A stretch of DNA of 64,000 nucleotides from Acidobacteriota bacterium (GTDB taxonomy: Bacteria; Acidobacteriota; UBA890; WLXD01). Shown piece by piece: positions 48,433-56,837 of this stretch. Below the pieces are notes generated by a model. The model was not told where the DNA came from. It saw only the letters and a program-made list of their open reading frames with translations, and searched no databases. The stretch lies in assembly GCA_963666215.2 (NCBI GenBank), contig CAXWPL010000005.1, positions 224,001 to 288,000 on the forward strand. Direction: 5' to 3'. The position numbers were made by a program, and so were the translations under genes. The first letter of the stretch is position 1, and every line of letters starts with the position of its first letter.

Positions 48433-50423
48433 CCAGCGCGCTCCGACGCCAGCGGCGCCGACGAGCTCGTCAGTCGCAGACGAGCTTCGAACTGGCTTCC
48501 CTTGCTGACGGCGGCGACCGACGAATCGCTGCCGCTCAGCGCCTGTTCAACGATCTCGCGCAGCGCTGCGGCGCGTTGATCGACCGGACGCAACCGCAGG
48601 ATCTTCTGCAGCACCTCCTGCGCAGCGACCCAGCGCTCACCTTCCACGTAGAGCTCCGCCAGCGCCAGGTGTGCGTCGGCGTCGCCCGGCCGGCCTCGGA
48701 CGACTGCGCGGCGCTCAGAAACGCGCTCGTCGAACTCGCTCAGCTTCTCGAAGCGGGCCATCTCGGCCTGGGCTTCATCATCGCGGCCAAGGCCGCGCAG
48801 TGACCGCCCCAGATTGAAGTGTGCGTTGGAGCGATACGGTTGCATCTCGATGATCCTCGTGAGTCTCGCGGCAGCATCACCATAGAGCTCCTCGCGCAAA
48901 TCGAGTAGCGCGAGCTCGTAGCTGGCGCCCACATGATCTGGAGACTGGGCCATCAGCGCGTCGAGCGCCTGACGGGCCTCCACGGGCCGCGCCAACTGGC
49001 TGCGCAATCGACCGGCCTCGAGCAGGAGGTCCGGGTCGGCGGGACTCATCGTCAAGAGACGCTCGATTTGTTGCGAAGCTTGCTCGAGCCTGGCCGAGTT
49101 GATGTAGACCTCAGCAAGCGCGCGGCGCGCTCCGGCGTCGTCCGTCTGCTCGGCAACCAGCTGCTCATAGATCGCCATTGCCTCGTCCGACTGAGGACTG
49201 TAGGCCGCCAGCAACGCCGCGCGAGCCATTCGGAGTGTGCGATCGCCCGGCGACAATTCGACCCCCCGCTCCAGAACGTCATGGGCCTCCTCGACACGCC
49301 CTTCCCCTTCGAGAACACGCGCCAGCAACAGCCGCGACGCAAGATCGTCGGGAGTGGCCTGGAGAGTCTCGTCGAGCAGAGCCTCTGCGGCAGGCCAGTC
49401 TTGTAGGCCGACGGCGACGAGTGCCAGGTTGTAGCGCGCCACACCGTTGGAAGGATCGAGCGTCAGCACACGTCGGAGGGTATCGCCAGCCTCGTTGAAC
49501 TGACTCGAGCGGCCCTGCGCTACGCCGAGCGCAAGTAGAACCTGGGGATCATCGGGCCAGTCTCTCTGGAGCTGGCGCAACAGGTCTACCGCCACGCTTT
49601 CGCCGCCGGTCCCGAGGGCGAGGTTGGCCAGCGCGAGCGGCGCCAGGCGAACCGTCGGATTGATCGCGATCGCGCGCTGGTAGGTCGCCGCGGCGCCGGT
49701 CACATCGCCCGCCGCCTGCAGCGCGCGGGCGAAGTAGAAGTTGGCGCCGTAGTGGTCGGGGTCGAGCTGCAGCGCCTCCTGCAGAGCGAGCTGCGCGGCC
49801 TCCGGATTGTTGCGTGCCATCTCCACCTGGCCGAGCCCGAACGGGCCGGCGGGCAAGTCCGGGAAGCCCACCTTGAGCGTGGCATACGTCTGGCTCGCAC
49901 CCTGGAGGTCGTTGCCTCCAAGCTGCGCGCGGCCGAGCTGCACGAGGGCTCGGAAATCGTTCGGCCGGGCGTCGAGCGCGCCGCGAAACTCGCGCATCGC
50001 GGCCACGAAGTCGCCCGTGCGCATGCCTTCGACGCCGGCCATCATGTGGCCTGCATACACCGGATCGCGTATCTGGCCCGCGGCCTGCTGGCCGTGGGCG
50101 ACGTTGACAGATGCCGCCACCCAGCTCAACAGGCACACCAGAATCGCGATTCTCCCAGGCGCGCCCAGAACCGCCAGGCACTCCAGGCGTTGCAAAAAAC
50201 GGGCGCAGCTGGCGTTGCACCGCGGGCGTGAGATTCGGTGGTAACTGGGTAACAAGACGATACTCGCCCGGATCGGAGACAATGGGGACGGGCGAGCATG
50301 CGCGATTGACCGCGGCGGAACGCCGTCACTACCATGGCCGATCGCTCCCGCAGCGCTTACCCGACAAGACTGAAGTGTAACCCGTGCTGGTGGCCGATTT
50401 CGCGGCGGTGCATTCGTCGTCAC
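48429..50423 (-). CDS. Exported tetratricopeptide-repeat protein (true start probably near 50190-50220)
   Basis: Signal-like ILVCLLSWVAASVNVAHGQ followed by many TPRs (ALQLDPDH, AIAINPT, VLTLDPSN, AHFNLG). Confidence 0.85.
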   Translation of the reverse strand: MTTNAPPRNRPPARVTLQSCRVSAAGAIGHGSDGVPPRSIAHARPSPLSPIRASIVLLPSYHRISRPRCNASCARFLQRLECLAVLGAPGRIAILVCLLSWVAASVNVAHGQQAAGQIRDPVYAGHMMAGVEGMRTGDFVAAMREFRGALDARPNDFRALVQLGRAQLGGNDLQGASQTYATLKVGFPDLPAGPFGLGQVEMARNNPEAAQLALQEALQLDPDHYGANFYFARALQAAGDVTGAAATYQRAIAINPTVRLAPLALANLALGTGGESVAVDLLRQLQRDWPDDPQVLLALGVAQGRSSQFNEAGDTLRRVLTLDPSNGVARYNLALVAVGLQDWPAAEALLDETLQATPDDLASRLLLARVLEGEGRVEEAHDVLERGVELSPGDRTLRMARAALLAAYSPQSDEAMAIYEQLVAEQTDDAGARRALAEVYINSARLEQASQQIERLLTMSPADPDLLLEAGRLRSQLARPVEARQALDALMAQSPDHVGASYELALLDLREELYGDAAARLTRIIEMQPYRSNAHFNLGRSLRGLGRDDEAQAEMARFEKLSEFDERVSERRAVVRGRPGDADAHLALAELYVEGERWVAAQEVLQKILRLRPVDQRAAALREIVEQALSGSDSSVAAVSKGSQFEARLRLTSSSAPLASERAG

Positions 50424-50527
50424 GGTCTCCGGAGCCCGAGGCCCAGCGTTTCAAGTTGAACGATCCGGTAACGATTCGTCAACGCGTCCGCGCCGATCCC
50501 CGTAGAGGAGAACGCGTCATCGGAAAC

Positions 50528-52825
50528 GTGCGTCGTGGGGTCGTGGCGACCATCTTCGTGGCCACCGCTGCGGTTACGGCCTGCGGCGCGCCCGCCCGCT
50601 ATCCACGCGCCAACGTGCTGTTGATCACCCTCGACACTCTCCGTGCCGACCGGCTCGGTGCCTACGGGTACAAGGCAGCCGCCACCCCGGCGCTCGACAG
50701 CCTCGCCGCCGACGGCGTGCTGTTCGAGCGCGCCATCGCTCCGGTACCGCTGACTCTCCCTTCGCACACGTCGATCATGACGTCTCGCTTCCCGCCCCAG
50801 CACGGCGTGCGAGACAACGGAGCCTTCGACATCGCCCAAGACGCCGCCTTCGTGGCCGAGGTCTTCCGCAACGCCGGCTACGACACGGGAGCTTTCGTCG
50901 GCGCCTACGTGTTGCACTCGCGCTGGGGACTGGAGCCCGGCTTCGATACCTACAGCGACAATTTCGAATACGGCGACGCCAGCCAGGTTGCCGGACAGGT
51001 CGAGCGCCGCGGCGACCGTGTGCTGGAAGCCGCTATCCCATGGCTTTCGCGACGACGCGATGTGGACCAGCCGTTCTTCGCCTGGGTGCACCTGTACGAC
51101 CCGCACACCCCCTACAGCGCCCCTGAGCCCTTCGCCAGTCGCCACACCGACCCCTACGACGCGGAGGTGGCGTTCACCGATTCGCTCGTAGGCCAGCTTC
51201 TCGAGACTCTCGAGCGGACACGAAACGCAACCAACACCATCGTTCTCGTGACCGCAGACCACGGGGAAGGGCTCGGCGATCACGACGAGCCCGGACACGG
51301 CCTCTTTGTGTACGACACGACGCAGCGTGTACCCATGTTGCTGCGGCTCCCCGACCAGCGTGAGGCTGGGCGACGTGTGCAGGTTCAGGTGCCGAATCGC
51401 GACGTCGCACCCACGCTCCTGGAAGCGGCCGAAATCGCGATACCGGCAGCGTTCCATGGAACGAGCATGATGTCGCTCGTCGACGGAAGTAGCAGCAGCG
51501 GAGGTGACGGCAACGACGGGCCGCGGGTGGCCTACTCCGAAACCTATTTTCCACGCTTCCATTTCGGCTGGCAGGAGCTGTTCGCGCTCCACGCCGATGG
51601 CATGAAGCTGATTCTCGCGCCGCGCGTCGAGCTCTACGATCTCGAGAGTGATCCTGGCGAGCGGCGCAACTTGGCGCTGCAACAACCGGCCGTGGTTGCG
51701 CGAATGACGGAGGAGCTCGAGGCGATCATTGGCGACGCCGAAGCTGCTAGGCCGGGCCAGCTGGACGGCGACGCCGCACAGCGCTTGCGGGCCCTTGGGT
51801 ACATTGGAGGCGGAGTCGGAGGCAGCGAAGCCAATCCCGATGCCGGCCCCCTCCCCGATCCCAAAGACAAGCTGCCGCTGTTCCGCGACCTGACGCAGGC
51901 GCAGGGGTTTCTTCAGAGGGGCGAAGCCGAACGGGCGGTGGAGCAACTCAGGCGCGTCATCGCCGAGGACGACGGCGTCGTCGACGCGCACTTCACGCTC
52001 GGCAACGCGCTGTTCAAGCTGCGCCGCTACGACGAGGCGGAGGTGGCGTTCCGAGCGACCATGGCGTTGAGTCCAGAGTACGACTTGGCGCTCTCCAACC
52101 TCGGGCTCACGCACCTGCAGCAGGGCCGCCGGGAGCAGGCCCGGCAAGACTTCGAGGCCCTCCTGGCTCTGAATCCGGACAGCAGCTCGGCGAACTATCA
52201 GCTCGGCGATCTGGCGCTGCAGGACGGGCGTGCGGATGACGCGCTGCGCTACTTCGAGGCCGGGCTGCGAGGCAACAGTGCACTTCCGGCACTGCATTTC
52301 GGCGTCGGAGTGGCGCGACTGCAAACCGGCAACACGACCGGAGCGAGGGAGGCGCTGGAACGAGCCGCGGAGTTGGCTCCCACGCACCCGGAGGTGCACT
52401 ACTACCGGGCGCAGTTGGCGGAGGCCCGCGGCGACCTGGCGGCTGCCAGAGCGCTCTATCGCCGCCAGGTCGAGGTCAATCCGGCGCACCACCGCTCGCT
52501 GTTCAACCTGTCGCAGTCGGTCGCTCGCGACGGCAACCACGCCGAGGCCGCTGACCTGCTACGCGCGGCAGTGCGGGCGAATGGCGATTTCGCGGCTGGG
52601 TATCTGTATCTTGGACGTTCGCTGCTGGCGCTCGACGATGTGGCGCTGCTGGGTGAGGCCGAGGAAGCGGCGCGCCGCGGGCTGGCGCTCAACCCGCCCG
52701 CCGAGCTCCGCCCTCTTGGACACTACCTTCTCGCAGATATCTACACTCGTCGCGGCGATGGGCAGGCGGCGCAACGCGAGCTCGGCCGCGCTCGCGCGGC
52801 GGAAGCGGCGAGCGAACAAAGATGA
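50528..52825 (+). CDS. Sulfatase-fold-TPR fusion lipoprotein (intact paralog)
   Basis: AVTAC lipobox, LITLDTLRADRL, PLTLPSH, WVHLYDPH, ADHGE, RLRALGYI, DPKDK, then TPR repeats. Start chosen at GTG 50528. Confidence 0.9.
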   Translation: MRRGVVATIFVATAAVTACGAPARYPRANVLLITLDTLRADRLGAYGYKAAATPALDSLAADGVLFERAIAPVPLTLPSHTSIMTSRFPPQHGVRDNGAFDIAQDAAFVAEVFRNAGYDTGAFVGAYVLHSRWGLEPGFDTYSDNFEYGDASQVAGQVERRGDRVLEAAIPWLSRRRDVDQPFFAWVHLYDPHTPYSAPEPFASRHTDPYDAEVAFTDSLVGQLLETLERTRNATNTIVLVTADHGEGLGDHDEPGHGLFVYDTTQRVPMLLRLPDQREAGRRVQVQVPNRDVAPTLLEAAEIAIPAAFHGTSMMSLVDGSSSSGGDGNDGPRVAYSETYFPRFHFGWQELFALHADGMKLILAPRVELYDLESDPGERRNLALQQPAVVARMTEELEAIIGDAEAARPGQLDGDAAQRLRALGYIGGGVGGSEANPDAGPLPDPKDKLPLFRDLTQAQGFLQRGEAERAVEQLRRVIAEDDGVVDAHFTLGNALFKLRRYDEAEVAFRATMALSPEYDLALSNLGLTHLQQGRREQARQDFEALLALNPDSSSANYQLGDLALQDGRADDALRYFEAGLRGNSALPALHFGVGVARLQTGNTTGAREALERAAELAPTHPEVHYYRAQLAEARGDLAAARALYRRQVEVNPAHHRSLFNLSQSVARDGNHAEAADLLRAAVRANGDFAAGYLYLGRSLLALDDVALLGEAEEAARRGLALNPPAELRPLGHYLLADIYTRRGDGQAAQRELGRARAAEAASEQR

Positions 52826-52867
52826 CGATGAGCTCCACGCCATCGGGTGGACCAGGTCGCTAGCGCA

Positions 52868-52975
52868 CTAGGTGTGAGTTCCAAGGAGGTTGTTCACGAG
52901 CTCATTCCTGGTGCCCCCGGCTCGCCTCCGCGCGTCTGAAACGCCCCCGAGTACCCACTTGGAGAACACAACTAG
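52868..52975. mobile_element. MITE-like / IS remnant with imperfect terminal inverted repeats bounded by CTAG
   Basis: Left end CTAGGTGTGAGTTCCAAG versus reverse complement of the right end CTAGTTGTGTTCTCCAAG (14/18 identical); 108 bp, no transposase. Confidence 0.55.
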
Positions 52976-52987
52976 GCGGATCGCGGC

Positions 52988-53662
52988 CTAATCGTCCAAG
53001 ACCGCTCGGCAAACCCGTTCCGCAACCTCGTCGGGCGAGTTGTTCGCGTCGACAACAGCGTCGGCCAGCCCGTACACCGACTGGCGTTGCTCGTAGAGCT
53101 CTCGCGCCTTGACGTCGCTCGACCACAGCGGCCTCACGGCCTGTACAACGAGGCCTCCACGGCCCTGCCGAGCCGTCTCGCGGTCAGTCACGCGCGTCCG
53201 CAGCGTCTCGAAGCTACAGCGCAGCCACACAGTGACCGCCGCGCGGCCGCTGATCTCTCGATTGTCGGGATCGATGGGCGTGCCGCCGCCCAGCGCCAGG
53301 ACAGTACGTGGCTTCTGCACCGCTTGCCGCAGGGCGTGTTGCTCCCAACGTCGAAACTCAGCCTCGCGGAATAGTTTCTCTTCCTCGGCGTCACTGCCGC
53401 TTGAATCGGCACGTCCGCCCTCGTTCGCGGCTGCCGCGAAGATCTCGGCCACCGATCGACCCGCCGCGCGCTCGACGAGCGTGTCGAGATCGAGGAAATT
53501 CCAGAGCAACCGGCGCGCCACGAGCTTGCCTACCGTGCTCTTGCCGCTACCCATGAAGCCCAGCAAATGAAGCTGCAGCTTGCCGTCGCGAAGCCGATCG
53601 ACTGGCGTCAGCAAATCTGGCGGCGATAGCGAATCTGCGATCGGCTCAGAGTCCTCAGTCAC
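52988..53662 (-). CDS. aroK: Shikimate kinase
   Basis: LGFMGSGKSTVG, DLD, FRRWE, LALGGGT, RPL, RQSVY. Confidence 0.95.
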   Translation of the reverse strand: MTEDSEPIADSLSPPDLLTPVDRLRDGKLQLHLLGFMGSGKSTVGKLVARRLLWNFLDLDTLVERAAGRSVAEIFAAAANEGGRADSSGSDAEEEKLFREAEFRRWEQHALRQAVQKPRTVLALGGGTPIDPDNREISGRAAVTVWLRCSFETLRTRVTDRETARQGRGGLVVQAVRPLWSSDVKARELYEQRQSVYGLADAVVDANNSPDEVAERVCRAVLDD

Positions 53663-55053
53663 GCCGCGAAGCCCTCCCAGTCGGGGCGGAATTCCGGATA
53701 GGAAACAGCGATGGCCTCTGCGCCTCGAATCAAGACGGCGCCCTGAGCGACCACCGACACCGCCGCCGATGCAAGGGCGATACGGTGATCCCCCGCCGCA
53801 TCAACCACGCCGCCGGCGAGACCCTGCCCGCCAGCAACCGACAGCCCGTCCGGATACTCGTCGACCGAGGCCCCCAGGGCGCGGAGCGCGGCGGCCGTGG
53901 AAGCGATGCGGTCGGACTCCTTGTGCCGTAACTCGGCGGCCCCGCGGATCTCGACTCCCAGTTCGGTGCTTGGCCCCAGCATCGCCAACAGTGGCAGCTC
54001 GTCGATCAAGCCCGGAACCGCGTCGGCTTCAATGCGACCGCCGCGCAGACGTCCGCTGGACCGCACTCGAAGATCACCGACCGGCTCACCGTGCCAATCA
54101 TCGACGGGATCGATCCGAATGTCGGCGCCCCATGAAATCAACAACTCGAGGAACGCGATGCGACGCGGGTTCAACCCGACGCCCGCCATCGTCAGTACAG
54201 ACGGCCCTCCCGCGCCGCGAGCAACCGCTTCGGATTGCCCGCTCAGCGTCGCGGCCGCCAGCCAATAGGCGGCAGACGAAGCGTCACCGGGGACCCGACG
54301 CTCGCTCACGAGCGGGCTCAGCAAGCGGCTGGCGTCTGGATGCACCGACACCGTGAATTCGTCATGGCACTCCACTTTGGCCCCCATGGCCGCGAGCATT
54401 CTCTCGGTGTGATCACGCGTCGCCAGAGATTCGACAACCTGTGTGCGACCGTCGGCGTACAGCCCTGCAAGTAGAACGCACGATTTGATCTGCGCCGACG
54501 CCACCGGTGGCCGGTACACCACGCCACGCAACGGCGCGTCAGCCAACCGCCCTGGCTCTTTGCAAAGAATACGCAGCGGCGGGCGGCCGTCCGGGGATGT
54601 TTCCACCCGAGCGCCCATGGCGCGCAACGGCTCGGCGACCCGGCTCATCGGTCGCCGGCTGAGCGACCGGTCTCCGACCAGCTCGCTCGCGAAGGTCTGA
54701 CCGGCCAGCACGCCCGCGAGCAGACGCATGGTCGTCCCACTGTTGCCGCAATCGAGGCGCTGCCGGGGCGCGGCCAGGCCGCGCAAGCCGCTCCCGATCA
54801 CCGTGGTCACGCTATCGCGATGGCGGCCGTTGTCGACGGAGGGGCCGGACGGGAGCGCCTCATCGACCTCGACCCCTAGCGCCTGTACGACGCGCACCGT
54901 CGAAGCAACATCCTCACCCCGTGGCAGACCCACCAACCGGCTCGTGCCGTCTGCCAGTGCAGCCAACAAAACAGCACGATGGCCGATCGACTTGTCGCCA
55001 GGAACGTCGACCCGGCCTCCAAACGCGGCGAGCCGCGGGACCTCCCAGTCCAT
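53659..55053 (-). CDS. aroA: 3-phosphoshikimate 1-carboxyvinyltransferase
   Basis: VPGDKSIGHR, DCGNSGTTMRL, SAQIKS, RDHTERML, IDELP, ELRHKESDRI, GDHRIA. Confidence 0.97.
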   Translation of the reverse strand: MDWEVPRLAAFGGRVDVPGDKSIGHRAVLLAALADGTSRLVGLPRGEDVASTVRVVQALGVEVDEALPSGPSVDNGRHRDSVTTVIGSGLRGLAAPRQRLDCGNSGTTMRLLAGVLAGQTFASELVGDRSLSRRPMSRVAEPLRAMGARVETSPDGRPPLRILCKEPGRLADAPLRGVVYRPPVASAQIKSCVLLAGLYADGRTQVVESLATRDHTERMLAAMGAKVECHDEFTVSVHPDASRLLSPLVSERRVPGDASSAAYWLAAATLSGQSEAVARGAGGPSVLTMAGVGLNPRRIAFLELLISWGADIRIDPVDDWHGEPVGDLRVRSSGRLRGGRIEADAVPGLIDELPLLAMLGPSTELGVEIRGAAELRHKESDRIASTAAALRALGASVDEYPDGLSVAGGQGLAGGVVDAAGDHRIALASAAVSVVAQGAVLIRGAEAIAVSYPEFRPDWEGFAA

Positions 55054-55063
55054 ACGCCGCCTG

Positions 55064-56599
55064 CTAAGCAGGCTCCCCCTGCGGCCGCCAAACGGCCAGC
55101 GCCACCGCCGCCAATGCGGCGACCGCCGCACTCACAGCGAGCCACGGCTCAACGGCCGCCACGAAGCTGGCGACGCCGGGGAAGTGCTCGGCCGGAAACT
55201 CGGCCAGGATACCGAGCGCCAGGACCTGTGCGATGACCAGGGGCGCGAGGTAGCGCAGCATGTTGAGCCACACGCCGCACCAGGCGAATCCCGGGCACCC
55301 ATCGGTGACCTCCGCGCGCGCCAGTCGCTGCTCCCAAACCCATCCCACGAACAACGCCACGAACAGCCCGCCGATCGGCAGCATGTAGTCGGAAACGACA
55401 TGGCTGATGAGATCGAACCAGTTCAGATTGAGGATGCCGATGTTGCCGAGCGCCCCTTGTCCCGCCGCGCCGCCAAGGAGGCCAGCGATCGACATCCCCG
55501 CCATCGGACCGGTAGCCAACGCCGAGGGCAACCCGAGCACGAAGATCATCCCGCCCAGCACCCACGCCGCCTTGGGCCGACTCCAATCACGCTCGTCAAT
55601 GAAGTAGGCCGCAACAACCTCGAGCATCGAGATGCTCGAGGTGATAGCCGCCATGAAGACGAGCAGAAAAAACAAGGTGGCGAACACGGTACCGCCGGCC
55701 AACTGGCTGAACACCACGGGTAGTGTGACGAAGATCAGCCCAGGCCCTTGGCCCGGCTCCATACCCAGGGCAAACAACGCCGGAAAAATTGCGAAACCCG
55801 CGGCAATCGCGATCCCCGTGTCGATTGCTGCCACGTCGAGGCTCGAACGCGGCAGATTGGCATCGCGCCCCAGATAGGACCCGTAGGTGATCATCGCGCC
55901 CATACCGAGGCTGAGCGTGAAGAAAGCGTGCCCCATGGCGGTCAGCAGAACCGACGGTGACAGCTTCGTCAGATCCGGCCACAGCAGAAAGCGGACGCCT
56001 TCACCCGCGCCAGGTAGCAGCAAGCCGCGTACGATCAAGATCACCAGAATCGCCAGCAAGAGCGGCATGAGCACCTTGCTGACCTTCTCGATGCCGCCGC
56101 GAATCCCACGAGCGACGATGGCGATCGTCACCAGCATGAACAGCGCGTGCAGCATGGTGCCCGCGCCACCACTGGTGGTCAGCCCATTGAAGTAAACGCC
56201 CGCGGCTTCGGGGCTCGAGAGCGCGCTCACATTCCCCAGAACGCTCTGCGCCAGATAGTAGATCACCCAGCCGCCAACCACGCTGTAGAACGACAGGATC
56301 ATGAATCCGGCCACCACGCCCAGCGCTCCCACGTGCTTCCAGAAGGTCCCGGGGCGCAACGCCTCGAAGGCACCCACAGGGTTACGCTTCGTGTGGCGGC
56401 CTATGGCGAGCTCCGCCAGGAAGACGGGCACACCAATAGCGGCAATGCACAGCAGGTAGACGGCGATGAAGGCACCACCACCGTTCTCTCCCATGATGTA
56501 GGTGAAGCGCCAGATGTTGCCCAGCCCCACCGCCGAGCCCGCCGCCGCCAGCAGGAACCCCGCCTTCGAGCCCCAGCTCTCGCGCACTGTGTCGGACAT
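55064..56599 (-). CDS. Sodium-dependent transporter, NSS/SLC6 family (paralog 2)
   Basis: RESW, GSAVGLGNIWRF, NGGGAF, FFTLSLGMGAMITYGSY, GPGLIFVTLP, SSISMLE. Confidence 0.95.
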   Translation of the reverse strand: MSDTVRESWGSKAGFLLAAAGSAVGLGNIWRFTYIMGENGGGAFIAVYLLCIAAIGVPVFLAELAIGRHTKRNPVGAFEALRPGTFWKHVGALGVVAGFMILSFYSVVGGWVIYYLAQSVLGNVSALSSPEAAGVYFNGLTTSGGAGTMLHALFMLVTIAIVARGIRGGIEKVSKVLMPLLLAILVILIVRGLLLPGAGEGVRFLLWPDLTKLSPSVLLTAMGHAFFTLSLGMGAMITYGSYLGRDANLPRSSLDVAAIDTGIAIAAGFAIFPALFALGMEPGQGPGLIFVTLPVVFSQLAGGTVFATLFFLLVFMAAITSSISMLEVVAAYFIDERDWSRPKAAWVLGGMIFVLGLPSALATGPMAGMSIAGLLGGAAGQGALGNIGILNLNWFDLISHVVSDYMLPIGGLFVALFVGWVWEQRLARAEVTDGCPGFAWCGVWLNMLRYLAPLVIAQVLALGILAEFPAEHFPGVASFVAAVEPWLAVSAAVAALAAVALAVWRPQGEPA

Positions 56600-56687
56600 C
56601 GTCTACTCCAGGGTCATGCGTCTAGCGGGTCTGATAGCGGCTCCGACGGCCAGTTGCCGCCCGGGCCGGATGACTCGACGGAGGTCG

Positions 56688-56816
56688 TCACTCCTGGTCG
56701 CGATCGGCCGATCTCCGATGAGCGTCCGCTCTCATCGAGAGCCACAACAGCCAGGCGAAACCGCCCCAAACGGAGCCGAGAATCAGCACCATCATCACGA
56801 TCGTTCCGGTTTGCAT
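56688..56816 (-). CDS. MetS-family NSS transporter small subunit (42 aa)
   Basis: Below the ORF-track size cutoff. MQTGTIVMMVLILGSVWGGFAWLLWLSMRADAHRRSADRDQE: single TM with WGG, GGAG RBS, immediately downstream of an NSS gene. Confidence 0.85.
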   Translation of the reverse strand: MQTGTIVMMVLILGSVWGGFAWLLWLSMRADAHRRSADRDQE

Positions 56817-56837
56817 GCTACTCGCTCCGCTGCGGCT

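Noticed and set aside
50420-52540. 706-aa minus-strand ORF and similar long antisense ORFs (e.g. 30533-32137, 4456-5673, 34990-36279)
   Set aside because: Shadow or alternate frames of clearly identified genes, expected at high GC; no motifs of their own.
39716-52825. Classical sulfated-polysaccharide utilisation locus
   Set aside because: No glycoside hydrolases, lyases, SusD or FGE/anSME genes, and both sulfatase-fold proteins lack the C/SxPxR motif.
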